A DNA stretch of 63,990 nucleotides, the filler included, from Craspedostauros australis (Eukaryota): the NCBI GenBank assembly GCA_030167865.1. It is 8 parts of 8 records of this genome, joined end to end, with 100 filler letters (N's around TTAATTAATTAA, not from the genome) between each part and the next. Parts side by side here need not be neighbours in the genome. Positions count along the whole stretch, not along the records: positions 2,606 to 31,102 come from JALAGF010000445.1; positions 31,203 to 44,613 come from JALAGF010000446.1; 6 more parts are not named here. One strand, written 5' to 3'. Of this stretch, positions 19,026 through 31,778 are shown in pieces; position 1 is the stretch's first letter; each line of letters starts with the position of its first letter. The notes under the pieces are model-generated. The model was not told the origin of the DNA, searched no databases, and saw only the letters and a program-made list of their open reading frames with translations. A program made the translations under genes and the position numbers.

Positions 19026-21032
19026 ATGGCAGCTCAAACTCTTGCGACGATCCCTTCCTCCGCATTTGCGTCCGTCTTATGCTCCTATTTGCAAGCTTCC
19101 GACCTTCTCGCCTTGCGATCGACCTGCAAACGATGCTATGCTCTGATGCACGAAGAAGGTAAGTTGTTGTTGTCATCGTCTAATCAAAGAAGATCATGCG
19201 ATGAAAACAGCATCGTGGCATCTGTCTGTGCCGCTTGTTATATTCGTACAATACCATACTGGCCATCAGCGCAGAAGGGGCGATCATACAAGTATGGTAC
19301 TACTACAGTGTGGAAGTTGCTCCACGAGCTTGTGTGGGTCTTTGCTTGACAATACATCGCCTCTACATTTCCGTTGCGTCTCATGAAGTTGCGCTCCACC
19401 CGACCTGCGCATCAACCCGTCACGCTTCCATCGAGCAATCCTCGTGGCTCCGCCAAACGACGCCGAACCAATCGCTGCGCTATCAACGTACTCTGCTCTG
19501 CTCTACTCTACTCCAATTTGGCCTAACTATACCTCACATGATATGATATTTGTATCGTTCCCATGCTGCTGCTACCAATACAAAATTGGCACTATTCCCA
19601 CACCAACATGAAATACTGTTGCACGTAATATAATTCTACGCATTCACAAACAGATGCCGAGGCTTTGTGGGAGATGGTGCTTACACGGGACTTTGGAGTG
19701 ATATCCGACTTCCGGATGACATTGGGGATCAAATCGCACTCAGACAGAGTGCCGAGACAAACCGTGAAGTCTCTGTTCGGCGTAGACCCGGGCAGCGATG
19801 ACTTTATCGTGAGCACCGACACAGCCTTCGAATCTTGGAAGCACTGGATGGCGATCTCCGCGCGGTTCGAGGGCGACATGCTGGATCAGAACAAGCCCGA
19901 GATCTCTCCACAGCTATTCTTGCGCGCGGCGCAGTTCTGGCGGACGATCCTGCGATGGTGCCGCGACAGAGAAGCATCGTCACGTCTGGGCTCCAGCATC
20001 GAATCCACGCTGCTCCCAGGCGTCCCGCGATCGTCATGGCCCAGCGAATGCCGTCGCCGGCGACCCTTGTGGGCGATCCAGGCAGTGTACGCATTCGTCG
20101 GCGGTCAACGTGAGGAAGCAGCTCTAGTAGATTCCTTCGCTGGACTATTGGGCTTCTGCAACGCGTACAACTACTATTCATGCACGCACCTTGCGCTTCC
20201 CATGCGGCAACTCGAAACTCATGGGCAGCACGTGGCGGTCATCGGTAGGAATCGCCTGTCGATGATGTCGATTGCGGCGACGTCGATTGGAGTAGGGGCG
20301 ACAGACGGAATGGTGTATCTGGGATCTGAGCGCGCGGCCGTTCCGATGGTGGCACATGCAAATGCAGGTGCGAATGTCACTGCAGATGTGGGCTCAACGG
20401 CTGGCACCGCGGAAGACACGGCGCTGCTGTGGTTGGAGGAATACGCGACGCGATTGGCATCAGGATACTACGCAACAACCCAGGTGGATTCGGTACCCGG
20501 CGATGTTCCAGTAATGGCCATCAGCTTGATCCCGCAGCTGTCGCGACCCATGAGGAACGATGGCCCGGCACCCGTGGTCAGCAGGACCGTGACCAAGGGT
20601 ATCGAAGTGATCGCAGGCGCCGTCTACGTCCCGCAGTGCCAGCCAACTTTTGGCTTCATCTACAAACTACAGATACGCCTGTTGCTGCCCAATGAAGAAG
20701 GATACATGTCGCCTGCCGAAAGGGGATTTCGTACTTGCCAGCTTGAGTCGCGGCATTGGCACTTCTATGACACGGACACCAATCAGGGGGATCGCGTGGA
20801 TGGCGAGGGTGTGGTGGGAGAGTTCCCTTACTTGTTTGAAGGCGGTTACTTCAAATTCAAGCGCAGGCAAGAGGGCGCATTCAGCTACCAAAGCTGCTCC
20901 CGGGCAATGAACGGGTACTTCGAAGGTCACATGATGTTCGTGCCCGGCAATTTGCAGCTCCGCACTGGCCCAGCATTCCCAGTCCAACTTGGCCGTGTTG
21001 GCCTCAACATGGCTCCTGGCTTTATCTATTAG
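19026..21032 (+). CDS. F-box + ApaG (DUF525) protein, SKIP16/FBXO3-like; exons 19026-19158, 19654-21032
   Basis: F-box-like exon 1 (VLCSYLQASDLLALRSTCKR). C-terminal TKGIEV...FIYKLQI...CQLESRHW...VDGEGVVGEFP...FSYQSC...FEGHMMF is the ApaG motif. GTAAGT/CAG intron restores frame. Confidence 0.85.
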
Positions 21033-22738
21033 AAGTGGATCAAGTAGAAGTGGAAGAGAAGGAGAGAGACAGAAGATAGTCCACGATCATGAATAGAGAG
21101 GGCAGCAATGCAGGTGGCATTGGCCCCAGTAACGTTCGTGAGATGTCATCAGTAGCATGGTGCGCCAGAGGGACCAGAGTGCTGAAATACGTGTCCACGC
21201 CATGTCGGATTTTACACATACTATGACTACAACTGTTCTTGCACATGGACCTTACACTCCAGGAACAGGCGCAGGCCTATCTGTACGTAGTAGGTCGCAG
21301 CCGATGCCAAACGAACAGCATGGTGCTCATGGCCTGTACTCGTAGTCCTACCGTGCCATGCGAGCAGGCTTGAGTTCGAGTGTAGAGCGTGGGGATCTCT
21401 CTCATCGCACGTGGACTCGTCGGTGTCGTCTCGCTTCCATTTTCCACGGTTTCTCATGCAAGGTGACAGAACACAGAACATCTCCGCGCTTCGCACAGGC
21501 AACACGGTTGCTCGTAGTTTGCTGGTTGGCTGGTCTTAATTCCCCGAGATATCCATAAGGTCGTTACCTACTTATGGTGCATTCGGAGGGTCCGGGTCAC
21601 TGGATGGAGAGCAGCATCGAAGCCCCACGAAAACAGGTATACGGATTATAATTAGGGGCTTGAAGCCACAATCGTCGAATTCTTGAAGGAGGCATTGGCC
21701 TCTTTGTGATCTTTTCCTGTAACGGTGCAAGAACAACAACTGTCAATGCTCTCTTCCCAGGTTCGTTGCTTGCCACTTGTTTGAGTGGTAGCAAGGAAAG
21801 TTGTTTTCCGCTCGATCGACCAAAGTGGGCACTGGTGACGTGAGCACGACACGCAAGCACACGAGGGGGAACGGCTGTGTTATCGTTGCCGTTTGAGCGC
21901 AAAGGGGAAGAGATGTCCGAAGGGATCGTGTTTCTTGTTTGGCGGTGTTTTTGTCGCTTCGCGGGCTGCCTCACGCGAGTCACCGTAGGTAACGCGTACG
22001 AGCGCGCTGCTAAGTTGTGCTGAGGCAACAGAATCGCCACACACACGCACACGCGAAATCCACCACTGTTCTCCCTGGTGGAGCTACTCTTACTGGGATG
22101 TTGCAGCTTCACACCATTCGCGCTCAGAGAATACATCTGCCGCCATTCCAGAGGGCCCGGATGCTCCAATTTGATGCTTCTGGTTTGACCCGAACGACAT
22201 CACGCGAAACCACAACGACAGCAGCAACAGCAGCAACGACGCCACCACACAAGCAACCGAAAGACGCAAAGTACAAGAGCAGAGCGCTTGCATCTCCTGT
22301 GAATCTTCGGAGCCCCTGTGACAACACAACGGGACCGCACTGACAAAGAAGCGCTCATGGTGGAAACAACGTACGACTAGGAACAGGACACATACTATAC
22401 GACCTACTGGAGAACATTCAATAGCAATAGCAATAGCAATAGCAATAGCAACAGTGGCGCTTCCATTGACGATAAGACGACAGGACGACAATAAAAGCAA
22501 CAAGAAGAGACCAGAGTAGTGGTGGAGACCGCTGCGAGTTGTTTTGGAGGCACAAAGACCTCTGAGCTTCATCTGCGGACGTTGCGGTTGGAAACTATTG
22601 CATCATAATACGAGCACGAGCACCTGCCACACCATACCACACCTTCCTGATTCGTCGTTGCCCTTGCGGCACCAACAACACGAAGGTTTGCTCGTACCAC
22701 ATTCCGTACCCGAACGCTAACACCAGCAGATAGGCTCA

Positions 22739-25700
22739 ATGGGAAGCCATTCCGCCGAGACACTTCCCACCAGCGGAGCAACAACCAGGCAATCGAGAGG
22801 AACCATGACGAGGCACCGAAGAAGGATGATAGACGAGGGCGAAGACAAAGGCGACGGCGTTGCATCCAACGAGGGAAATGACAGCACGAGCAGCACAGTT
22901 CATTTGGTGACGTCCGGGGCGTACCTGCTGTCGGGCGACCTTGACGAATGCACGCACCCTCAGGACCCGTCTTGTGAAGGCGGCATCGCCTCCGTGGCTG
23001 CGTTCGCGAGGCATCTCATCCCATCCATCGACGATGCTGATCCTGGCAATGCCGCCGCATCGACCCTTCAGGAACAGCGGCAACCGATGGCATTTGCCCA
23101 GAAATTCGACAAGAAGTCGACCTTCGTCAACACGCACGAGCTGCAGTGGGTGGTCAACCGGTTGGTTCTGCATGACATCTTCGGCCTGGATTTCTTCATC
23201 TCCAATCCCTCTCTGCTGCTGCAGAACGCGGTGGACGCGGATGTCTCCAACACGGACATTTCGGGCTTGCAGACCGAGGACATGCCGCTGCTGCTGTCCA
23301 ACAGCCAGGTCCCGCCATCGTCGTCATGGTATAGGTACGCCGAGGCCGTGCATTTCGACGAAGAAACGGGGCTGGCCATTGCCAACATAGCAGATGAAGA
23401 TGTCCCGCTGTTTGTACCCCAGGTGGATGCTGCAAAGGGGATTCTCAATGCCATCGCCAAGATCAACCGCGAGAATGGATGCTACGCAAGGAGCCCGACG
23501 TCGGGTGATGGCAGCGATGATGGCGTTACTGGCGGAGCACGTATCACAACGGCTGACTACCAAGCGTACTTGACTGACTTCCAGGCCACCATCGAAAGAA
23601 TACAGGCCAATGAGACAGCTGGAGATGGCAACACGACGACGACGACCACGATGACCACGACCATCGTGGAAGATGCTGCGCCCGATAGCAACAAGACGTG
23701 CTGGCTGTCTGTCATCTTGTATCAGGACGGCCAGGAAAAGTACGATGCGTTCCTCGATGAGATTAGCAAGCACCTCACTCCTCCGGACTTTGTTCTCAAC
23801 CTTGAAGACGCGTACGAATCGTACCCGACGCCGCAGCTGTACCTCAACACTACCATGTGGGTGGGCACATGCCCCATGGATGATGATGTGTACTGTCAGC
23901 ACAGCATCGCCACCACGACGACGACCATAGACACAAGCGCGGCAACAACCACGCCGTCTAAGAATCGCGTCCGGAAACGACGCATCACAGACATTCAATT
24001 CATTGAACGCGACCTGGAAGAGCTACCCCATGAGTTCAAGGATGATCAGTGGGATTCGCATATCGTGCAGCTCCACCAGCTGGCCAAGGACGCTCAATCC
24101 AACAACCCTATCACAGGTTACACTTCAGAGATGCCTGCTGTGCGTGATGGCCAGATACGGTACTGCCAGGCCGGGGAATGCCCTATCGGAAACCTGTTCA
24201 CGGATGCCCTGAGATGGTACACCGATACTGACATTGCTTTCGTTGCCAGCGGCGGATTCAGAGGCGAGGGTTGGCCAGCAGGCCCTGTGAGGCTGACGGA
24301 CATCTATGGTGGTAAGTACTTTTCTTCTGTCCTGTCAAACAAAAAAACAGAGTGCGGCGGAACTGTTCACAATCATGCCACGCTCCTCTACCTGCACCAG
24401 TGCGCTGCTTGTATCTGTCCATCGTCCCTCGACCGATACATTGATACATTGATCAAATGACAATATTGATGCGTGATACATTGATCCGCACACCCATCAA
24501 AGTGCTCACCACGCATCCATCATCACATGCCGCCTATCTCCTCCGTCCCCAATGCCAACGGTTACCATCGCCACCTCCAACGTCCACATCACAGCCCTTC
24601 CATTCCCCAACACCGAATGCATCGGCACCATGTCCGGACTATCGCTCTTCCGCATGCTGGAGTACGTGACACGGATAGTCCCATTCGATGTCATCGACAC
24701 GGACGAAGGTGCAGAGTTGCTGCAGGTATCAGGGATGAAGATCACCTACAACGACAAGATCGAGTACGGACAATCGCGTCTCATCTCTGTCAAGATTTGG
24801 AATCGCGAGACCAACCAGTACGAAGACATGGAACGACTCAAGCTGTACACATTCGTCACCGACAGCTACTTGTGCGGAGCCTACAACAGGTACCCGGAAT
24901 TCACAGGAAGCAGTCTGACCCTGGAGGGCGAAAAGACCGGAGTCATCGGCGACGATCAGATTGTCCAGAATGTCGTCGCATTCTATCTCGGTGATCTTCC
25001 CGATCCGTACGACACTGGCATCCAAGGCCGACTGCAGAATGATGAACAGGCTTTCACTGTCCTGGACTTCCTCCAAAGCGAGGACAGTTGTCCCAAGAAC
25101 ACGGTTTGGGATGCCAATTCCGCCACCTGCTTGGCGTGCCCTAATTTTGAAAACGTCGCCTTCTCGGATGAGCTCATGGAATTCGAAGCCGAAAACAATT
25201 CCGATGCCACCCCATCGGGTCGCATCGTGCTCGTGAATCGTGAAGCCGTCGACGTTTCTGTGCTGCTCAAGTCGAGGCCGAGGTGGTTGGAAATCACCAA
25301 CGCGCAACGCGCCAACGAAAAACAAGATCTCACTGAGTCAATCCAGCTGGCGCCCGGCGAAAACATGGTTTTGAATTTCGACGTCTTCCCATCCAACCTC
25401 TTGGCATCAGGGACGGATCGATCGGCCATTGCGACGGTGAACTTCGGCGTGCTGGGCGCCAAGGCGACCCAAGGCTGCACCGGCCTCGATGTCACGTTCG
25501 ATGTGGCTCTGCGCGTGACGCCGCCGGATGACCTCAACAACCTTGGCTGGATCCGATATGTGGGGTTCGCTCTCTTTGGAATCATCGGCCTGACGGCCAC
25601 TGCCCTCGCCATTTGGGTATTCATCAACCGTCAGGCGCGGGTCGTCAAGATCTTGCAACCGGTATTCCTCATGTGCGTTCTCATGGGAGTGCTGATTCTC

Positions 25701-26900
25701 TCGTCGGCCATCATCCCACTGTCGATAGACGATGAAATTGCATCGATCGAAGGCTGCGACATCGCGTGCATGTCGATCCCGTGGCTGCTGTCGTCCGGAT
25801 TCATCATTTCCTTCTGCGCGTTGTTTTGCAAACTGTGGAGGATCAATCGTTTGTTCAACGGCGCGCAACGATTCCGCAGGGTGGTGGTGAAGATGCGGAA
25901 CGTCGTGGCGCCTTTCATCGCGATATTCGCGCTCAACATTGGCACGCTCATCGCGTGGACGGTGGTCGATCCGTGGACGTGGGAACGCAAGGTCATTGAT
26001 GGACAAAAATGGAACACGTACGGGTCGTGCCAGGGCGGTGAAATCTCGATTGTGCTGGTCTCCGTGCTGGGAGGGCTGAACCTCTTCGCGCTGGTCCTCT
26101 CCTGCCATCAGGCGTACATAGCACGCAAGATCAGCGACGAGTTCAGCGAAAGTTCGTACATCGGCATCGCCGTTTACGGTTGGCTACAGATATTCCTGAT
26201 CGGGGGACCGATTCTGTTGCTCATCGACGAAGGTGACCCCACCGCGAGGTACTTCATCGAAGTCGCCATCATCTTCACGGTCTCCATGTCCATGCTCTTG
26301 CTCATCTTCGTTCCAGGGTTCATCAACAAGAAACGCGAAAGAGTATCCATCCGAAACCTTTCCTCGAGAAACTCGTCCATCCACACTTTCCAGCAAACCA
26401 TGAAGAAAGCCTCTGGGGACAGGTCGCACATGGCTGTCCTGGAGTCTATGGGCAATACATCGACCCTCTACGGCCACGATACGAGCGGAGAAATAACCAT
26501 GAAGGGCCAAGATTACGGTGATACGAACTTACACATGCCTGCGCATACTCAAGACCAGGTGCACAGCCCAGGGGAGTACGGCGGCAGCAGCAGCGACACA
26601 AGCACCAACGGTGCGCATTCTGCGGCGTCACATCACCACACGTGCATGCACATGCAATCGATTCAAGAGGTGGAGGAATCTTCGGAATCCGACTCGTCGT
26701 TGGATCCCGTCGAAGCGGCGCGCGTGCGCAAGCGTGAATTGGAGGAAAAGTTGCAGGCGACGATGCACCAATCCGTCAACAAGTGCATCCTCGGGATGGA
26801 ATCCGTCTGCGAGCATGATCGTGACACCACTGGTTCATCGGAGGACGGACGTGGTACTGACAAGACTGTACTATCTGGGACAGGAGACGATTCTGCGTAG
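22739..26900 (+). CDS. 5'-nucleotidase-like ectodomain fused to class C (GABA-B-like) GPCR 7TM; exons 22739-24311, 24595-26900
   Basis: ECPIGNLFTDALR...DIAFVASGGFRG...DIYG|ALPFPN...LLQVSGMKITY...DSYL is the 5'-nucleotidase C-domain. Seven hydrophobic segments follow with QPVFL, C...PWL..GF...ALFCKLWRI and DEFSESSYI. The true start may lie in an unrecognised upstream exon. Confidence 0.82.
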
Positions 26901-28133
26901 TGTCAGACTGGGGGATTTGGACCGGCAGAAAGCAGAACGGACGTCAAACACTCCCCGAGTATGTGCGCTCCACAACACGATGGATAATGTATACAGTGGG
27001 ATAGGATCACATGTAGTCTTACACACACATCCTCGTCAGCGTTCTGGATAGGAGAATGGCATCGCAAGCAGAAGCGTCTGAAAGGGACCATGGTATGGGT
27101 ATGAGCAGGGCAACATACTTGTACGACTATGCAAGCAGGATCGCATGCTCATACAAATTAGCATTCGCAGAGTGCAGTTATCGCACCATGGGAGCAGATA
27201 GGATGTGGACTTCGAAGCATCACACACATGGTGGCATTGGTTTCCATGGTTTCGTGGTACCAGTGAGGTGCATCTTTCGCTTCTGGGGATACGGACTTTG
27301 CTTTTCTCCGTGGTACTGTATATATTTGACATCGACTACGTCTGTTGTCGCACGATGCCTATTGGCCTGTTCCGAAATTACTTGTTAATGATATTTCACC
27401 GCAAAATACCATTCTAGCCACTTTTGCTAGTTTGATCTCCCTCATCTCTCTCTGTCCGGATAGGGAGAATTCTTGGAACATGTATTGTACTAATACGTGT
27501 GAATACTTGCATAACAGAATGATGCACATAACAATAGTTGAGTCCTCGTATGTCCACATAACTGTGCATACCATTAAAATAAAATAGAATAGTACACATG
27601 CTCAGACAGCATCTGTGCATGCACACATAATATAGTACGTCAACACTCTGGAGACGAGCCCATACATGCATTCAGAGACTCAACTGCGATGGAGTTGGCA
27701 GGAGTGAGCGGAAGGAGACGCACGAGCTTGTGCTTTACGCTGTTTTGCATACGAGTATGGTACCATACGACTGCCCCGATCGCGCACGGGAAAAGGATCG
27801 TCTGACATATTAATACGAGCATCAGCATGGCAACAACGAGAGGCACAGCGCAAGGACGAAACCAACCATCATGCCAGCCGGAAGCACAATTGCCAAAATG
27901 CAATGACTTTATTCGTATAATTTGTAGAGCATGAATATTGTCCAACTAATGTTATTCAACCATAGAATACCGCGCGGTACTGCATGGCAGGGCGGAATGC
28001 TTCGAATGCATGAGCGATGTTGCCCAGGCGGGAACGCTCTCTTGTTTCATGGCCGCGGCATGATCTTGTCTTGCTTGGTGGGTGCAGCATACTCCTCCTA
28101 ACAGTGCGAAGGAAAAGTTGGGTCTTCCCATCA

Positions 28134-29819
28134 TCAATCATCTTCCGACTTTGTGACGCAGACTTCCCCGCAGCACGTGCAACAGGTTTCCGGGCACGTT
28201 ATCTCGCCGTCACAGTCAGCCTCAAGCTCGACAAAGGTGGTACGACGCGCCTTCTTTTCGCACAGGGCTGCGGGCATGTCGCCCGTCAGCAAGTTCTTTT
28301 CGAGTTGCAGCTTTTCGATTTTGAACATCATGACAATTTGCGTGGGGATCTTCCCCGTCAGTTTATTGTCGTACAGCCAAAGCTGCTTCATGTCTCTAAG
28401 CTCTCCAATCTCGGTGGGGAGCGGACCTTCGAGGCCGCAGCCAGCAGCCGAGAAGCTGGTCAGACTCTTTGCCTGGCCGATCGTGGATGGGATTAGTGAT
28501 CCTGCGAATCCGGGGTTGTTATCAATCCAGATCTCGCGTATGGAGGGCATCTTGGCGATGAACTCCAGATCTCCTTTGAGTCCCGCCAGCCCAGCAAAGA
28601 AGAACTCGAGCTTCGGCAGTTGCACGATTTCGTCGGGGATGGTGGAATTGAAGCTGCTGCCGCCGATGGAGAGGTACTTGAGCTCGGTCATGTCCTTGAA
28701 GATGTCGCCGTTGAGGGGTCCATCATAGAACGTGTACGAAAAGTCCAGCTCCCGAAGCTTTTTCAAGTTGCCAAGCTCCGTCGGTATGCCGCCGGAGTGC
28801 TCAAAGTACGTCGACCCGTAAAAGAGCTCCTCGAGGTTGACGAGTTCGCCGAGGAATGAGTTGCCGATGTCACCGCGGTTGTGCACGTTGTTCTGGAAAA
28901 GGTCAATGATCTTCAGGGACGGGTGCAGAAGCGCCAACTCCGGCGGAATGAAGCCGGTGAGGCCATTGCGGTCCAACTTGATCGCCTGAACCAGCCCAAC
29001 AAACGTGCAGGTGAGTCCGTACCAGTTGCAAACCTGCTTCGGGTCGCCCAGCCACCCATTGTCCGAGATCCAACCAGGAATGACGTTGCCCGTCGTGTAT
29101 TCCTTGTCGGTCCATGCGTTAGAGACGGCGTAGGTGTTGTAGTAAAGGCAGGCCAAGGCATAGAGCTGGGCGATCTCCTCTTCGAGCGAAAGACTCTGGC
29201 TGGTGGGAAGGTCCTGCTGCAAAATCCAAGCCCGCGCCTTGCTCTGGTAAGAATCCGGCTCGTCGAACTCGGCCCCTCCACCCCTGGCTATGGAGTTGAT
29301 GATCGTGATGTACTGCGGAAGGTTGGAATTGGTTGGCATTGAAGTGGGAGGAGCGCTGTTGGGGTCTGCAATGCTGGCGGGCGCCGCCGACGTCGGTGCC
29401 TCGACCGTCGCTGGTGGCGTGCTCGGCGATGGGTTGCCGCCGCTGTCCACGGGGGCTGAGGTGGCTGGTGAATCGTTGCCGCCCGCATCGTTCTTGTCGC
29501 TCTGCGTGTCGTTGGTCGATCCTCCACCGCTTCCCCCGCCAGCTCCTGCGACAACCACCGCAATCCCAACAACGATGCCGATGAGGCAGATCACTAGCAC
29601 AGCAATGAGCATGCGCCGCCTGTTGGGATTCTTCCCTCGTTTCTCTGTCTCTCGCGCTTCTATCACGTCGAAGTCGGCCTCGATGGGGTTGTGCGTGTCC
29701 AGCAGATCCTGACCTTGGCCATGGCCATGAACTTGATCCTGGCCCTGAGATTTGCCCTCTTGGTAGTTGATACTGCCGGAGTTGCCTCCTGTGGCGTTGT
29801 CATCCACGTGGTTTTGCAT
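28134..29819 (-). CDS. Type II membrane leucine-rich-repeat protein
   Basis: N-terminal TM (MLIAVLVICLIGIVVGIAVVVAG), Pro/Ser/Thr stalk, QSKARAWI...QLYALACLYY cap, CNWYGLTC, plant-type LRRs (LxxNxLTGxIPxEI), Cys-rich end (CPETCCTCC). Confidence 0.88.
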   Translation of the reverse strand: MQNHVDDNATGGNSGSINYQEGKSQGQDQVHGHGQGQDLLDTHNPIEADFDVIEARETEKRGKNPNRRRMLIAVLVICLIGIVVGIAVVVAGAGGGSGGGSTNDTQSDKNDAGGNDSPATSAPVDSGGNPSPSTPPATVEAPTSAAPASIADPNSAPPTSMPTNSNLPQYITIINSIARGGGAEFDEPDSYQSKARAWILQQDLPTSQSLSLEEEIAQLYALACLYYNTYAVSNAWTDKEYTTGNVIPGWISDNGWLGDPKQVCNWYGLTCTFVGLVQAIKLDRNGLTGFIPPELALLHPSLKIIDLFQNNVHNRGDIGNSFLGELVNLEELFYGSTYFEHSGGIPTELGNLKKLRELDFSYTFYDGPLNGDIFKDMTELKYLSIGGSSFNSTIPDEIVQLPKLEFFFAGLAGLKGDLEFIAKMPSIREIWIDNNPGFAGSLIPSTIGQAKSLTSFSAAGCGLEGPLPTEIGELRDMKQLWLYDNKLTGKIPTQIVMMFKIEKLQLEKNLLTGDMPAALCEKKARRTTFVELEADCDGEITCPETCCTCCGEVCVTKSEDD

Positions 29820-31202
29820 GGTGCTCTTTCGATCGTGCAAACTTTTCTCTTTTCCGTGTCTTTTGTGTGCTGGTCTCGTTCGGTCGATCGTTCGGTCGAT
29901 CGTTTGTGCCTTTGTACGGTTGTGCCTTTGTGCTGTTGCGCCGTCGCGGTTGTCTGCGCGTACTGGGGGTATCGGATGGATTTGAAATAGGAGCAGTTCC
30001 TCAGCAACTCCGAATCAACCTTGAGTGCAGGCAAAGAAGAGGACAAAACCAACCGCAATGCTGTCGAATGGGATGGTGTGAGATCGGCGTGCTGCCCCGC
30101 GCTGTTCGATGTCGTATTGTGTGGCTCGCGTAGGTTTGCAGAGGGTGCTCGTCGCTGTCTCTCTATTGTTGCTGCGTTGGTATTGTGGCCGTTTCTCTTT
30201 CTTTGATCCTTCGTCTGGTCTTTCGCCTCGCTCTTGGCCCTTCCTCTCTCCGGATTCCTCCCTTCTTGTTTCGTTGCTTTTTCACTCCTCCCCTTCTTTG
30301 TCAGTTTGCGTACCGTTGCGTTGCGTTACGTTACGTTGCGTTACGTTGTGTCATGTGTCTTTGTCTCCTGTTTGTGGCACCAAGCGGCGAAATCGCCAGA
30401 AACCGAGTTGAACCAAGTCGCGGGGGATGTCTTTTCGCGCGTTCTGGGCAGTTTGTGCACCTCGCGCTCCTCACGCGCTGTTCTCGTTTTTCTTTCGTTT
30501 GGTTTGGTTTGAGCATCTCTCTGAGCCTAAGTATTCATATGTGTGACAAAGGTGCGACGTCTACGAGACATAACTTCGTCTGTCTCCACAACTCGGCGCA
30601 TTGGATCATGAGCATTCGTCTTGATCTCTCCGATTCACATTGAATTCCGTGTGATTTGGAAGCGCCGTTACAAGACAGACAAACAACTGCATCCAATTGA
30701 GCACATGGGGGGCAGTTCAAAATGCAATAATTGGCTCTATTTCATAGCGTTTAAGTCATAAATTGCTTGTTTCCGCCTAGTTCTTATCCTCGACGGAAGA
30801 ATATGGGATTTTTGTTCTTTTTTGGATAATTGGTGCTTTCCCCCCAAAATTCGCCCGAGTTGCTTTCGCTCTTCGTCATTGCTCCATTTCCCCACTTTAC
30901 ACTGTGTCGGTGTTTGCTGCGCGTGTTTTCGTCTCCGGTCCGCGCAAAACAAGGCTGCTGTCTTGGGCCAGCACAGAGCACACAAAACTCACAACCCCAA
31001 CACTCTCCACAGAGATCATTGCTCCACAGAGCACTTTGTTCCTGTTACAATCACAATCACAACAACAACCACAACAGGTACACCAACATCACCACCGCAA
31101 CANNNNNNNNNNNNNNNNNNNNNNNNNNNNNNNNNNNNNNNNNNNNTTAATTAATTAANNNNNNNNNNNNNNNNNNNNNNNNNNNNNNNNNNNNNNNNNN
31201 NN

Positions 31203-31608
31203 GTAGCCGTAGTGAAGGGTTCGGCGTCGCGCGTCAAAAGATTTCGTTCGAGGAGAATGTCCCCCCACGATTTCTCATGGTCATGGCTCCAAATCCAACG
31301 GATGTCACCCGACTTGGTGTCGTTTTTTGCTCCCTTTTTCCTGCTCGCTTCTCTGGCCTGTTTCCGGCCTCCTCCTCCATGCCCCGCCGCGGCCTTGGTA
31401 CCATTGTGACGGCCTCCTCGTCCTGATCGTCCCTGTGCCCTCTGCTGACCTCGGGAGTGCTTTGGGCTGGCTCCACTGGAGCTGTTTGTTGCGTCGGTGC
31501 GCACCATGGTCGATGGTTTTTCTGCGGTAGTAATTGTACACGTTCTACGTAAATTTTTTAGTACCGGTCCTACGTACGTCTTCTCGGTGGAAGGGTCACA
31601 CGGACTAT
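31203..31608. repeat. Second copy of the ~406-bp dispersed repeat (2606-3011)
   Basis: Sequence match to the start of contig 2. Confidence 0.9.
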
Positions 31609-31778
31609 GGACTGGTGTGTACGACCAAGGTATGGGACATACTCGTTGAGTTGATGGTCGCTCTCCAGACCCGAATCCACATCGCACCATGGAGATCAAT
31701 CTTTCAGGCCAGGCGAGCCGAATTTTCAGACGGGCAACGGCGCCAGATCTCGTGCCTACAACAAACAGACCCCAAAAA

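Noticed and set aside
30313..30348. (CGTTR)n pentamer run; similar short runs at 22420-22450 and 37280-37327
   Set aside because: Ordinary microsatellites with no associated structure.
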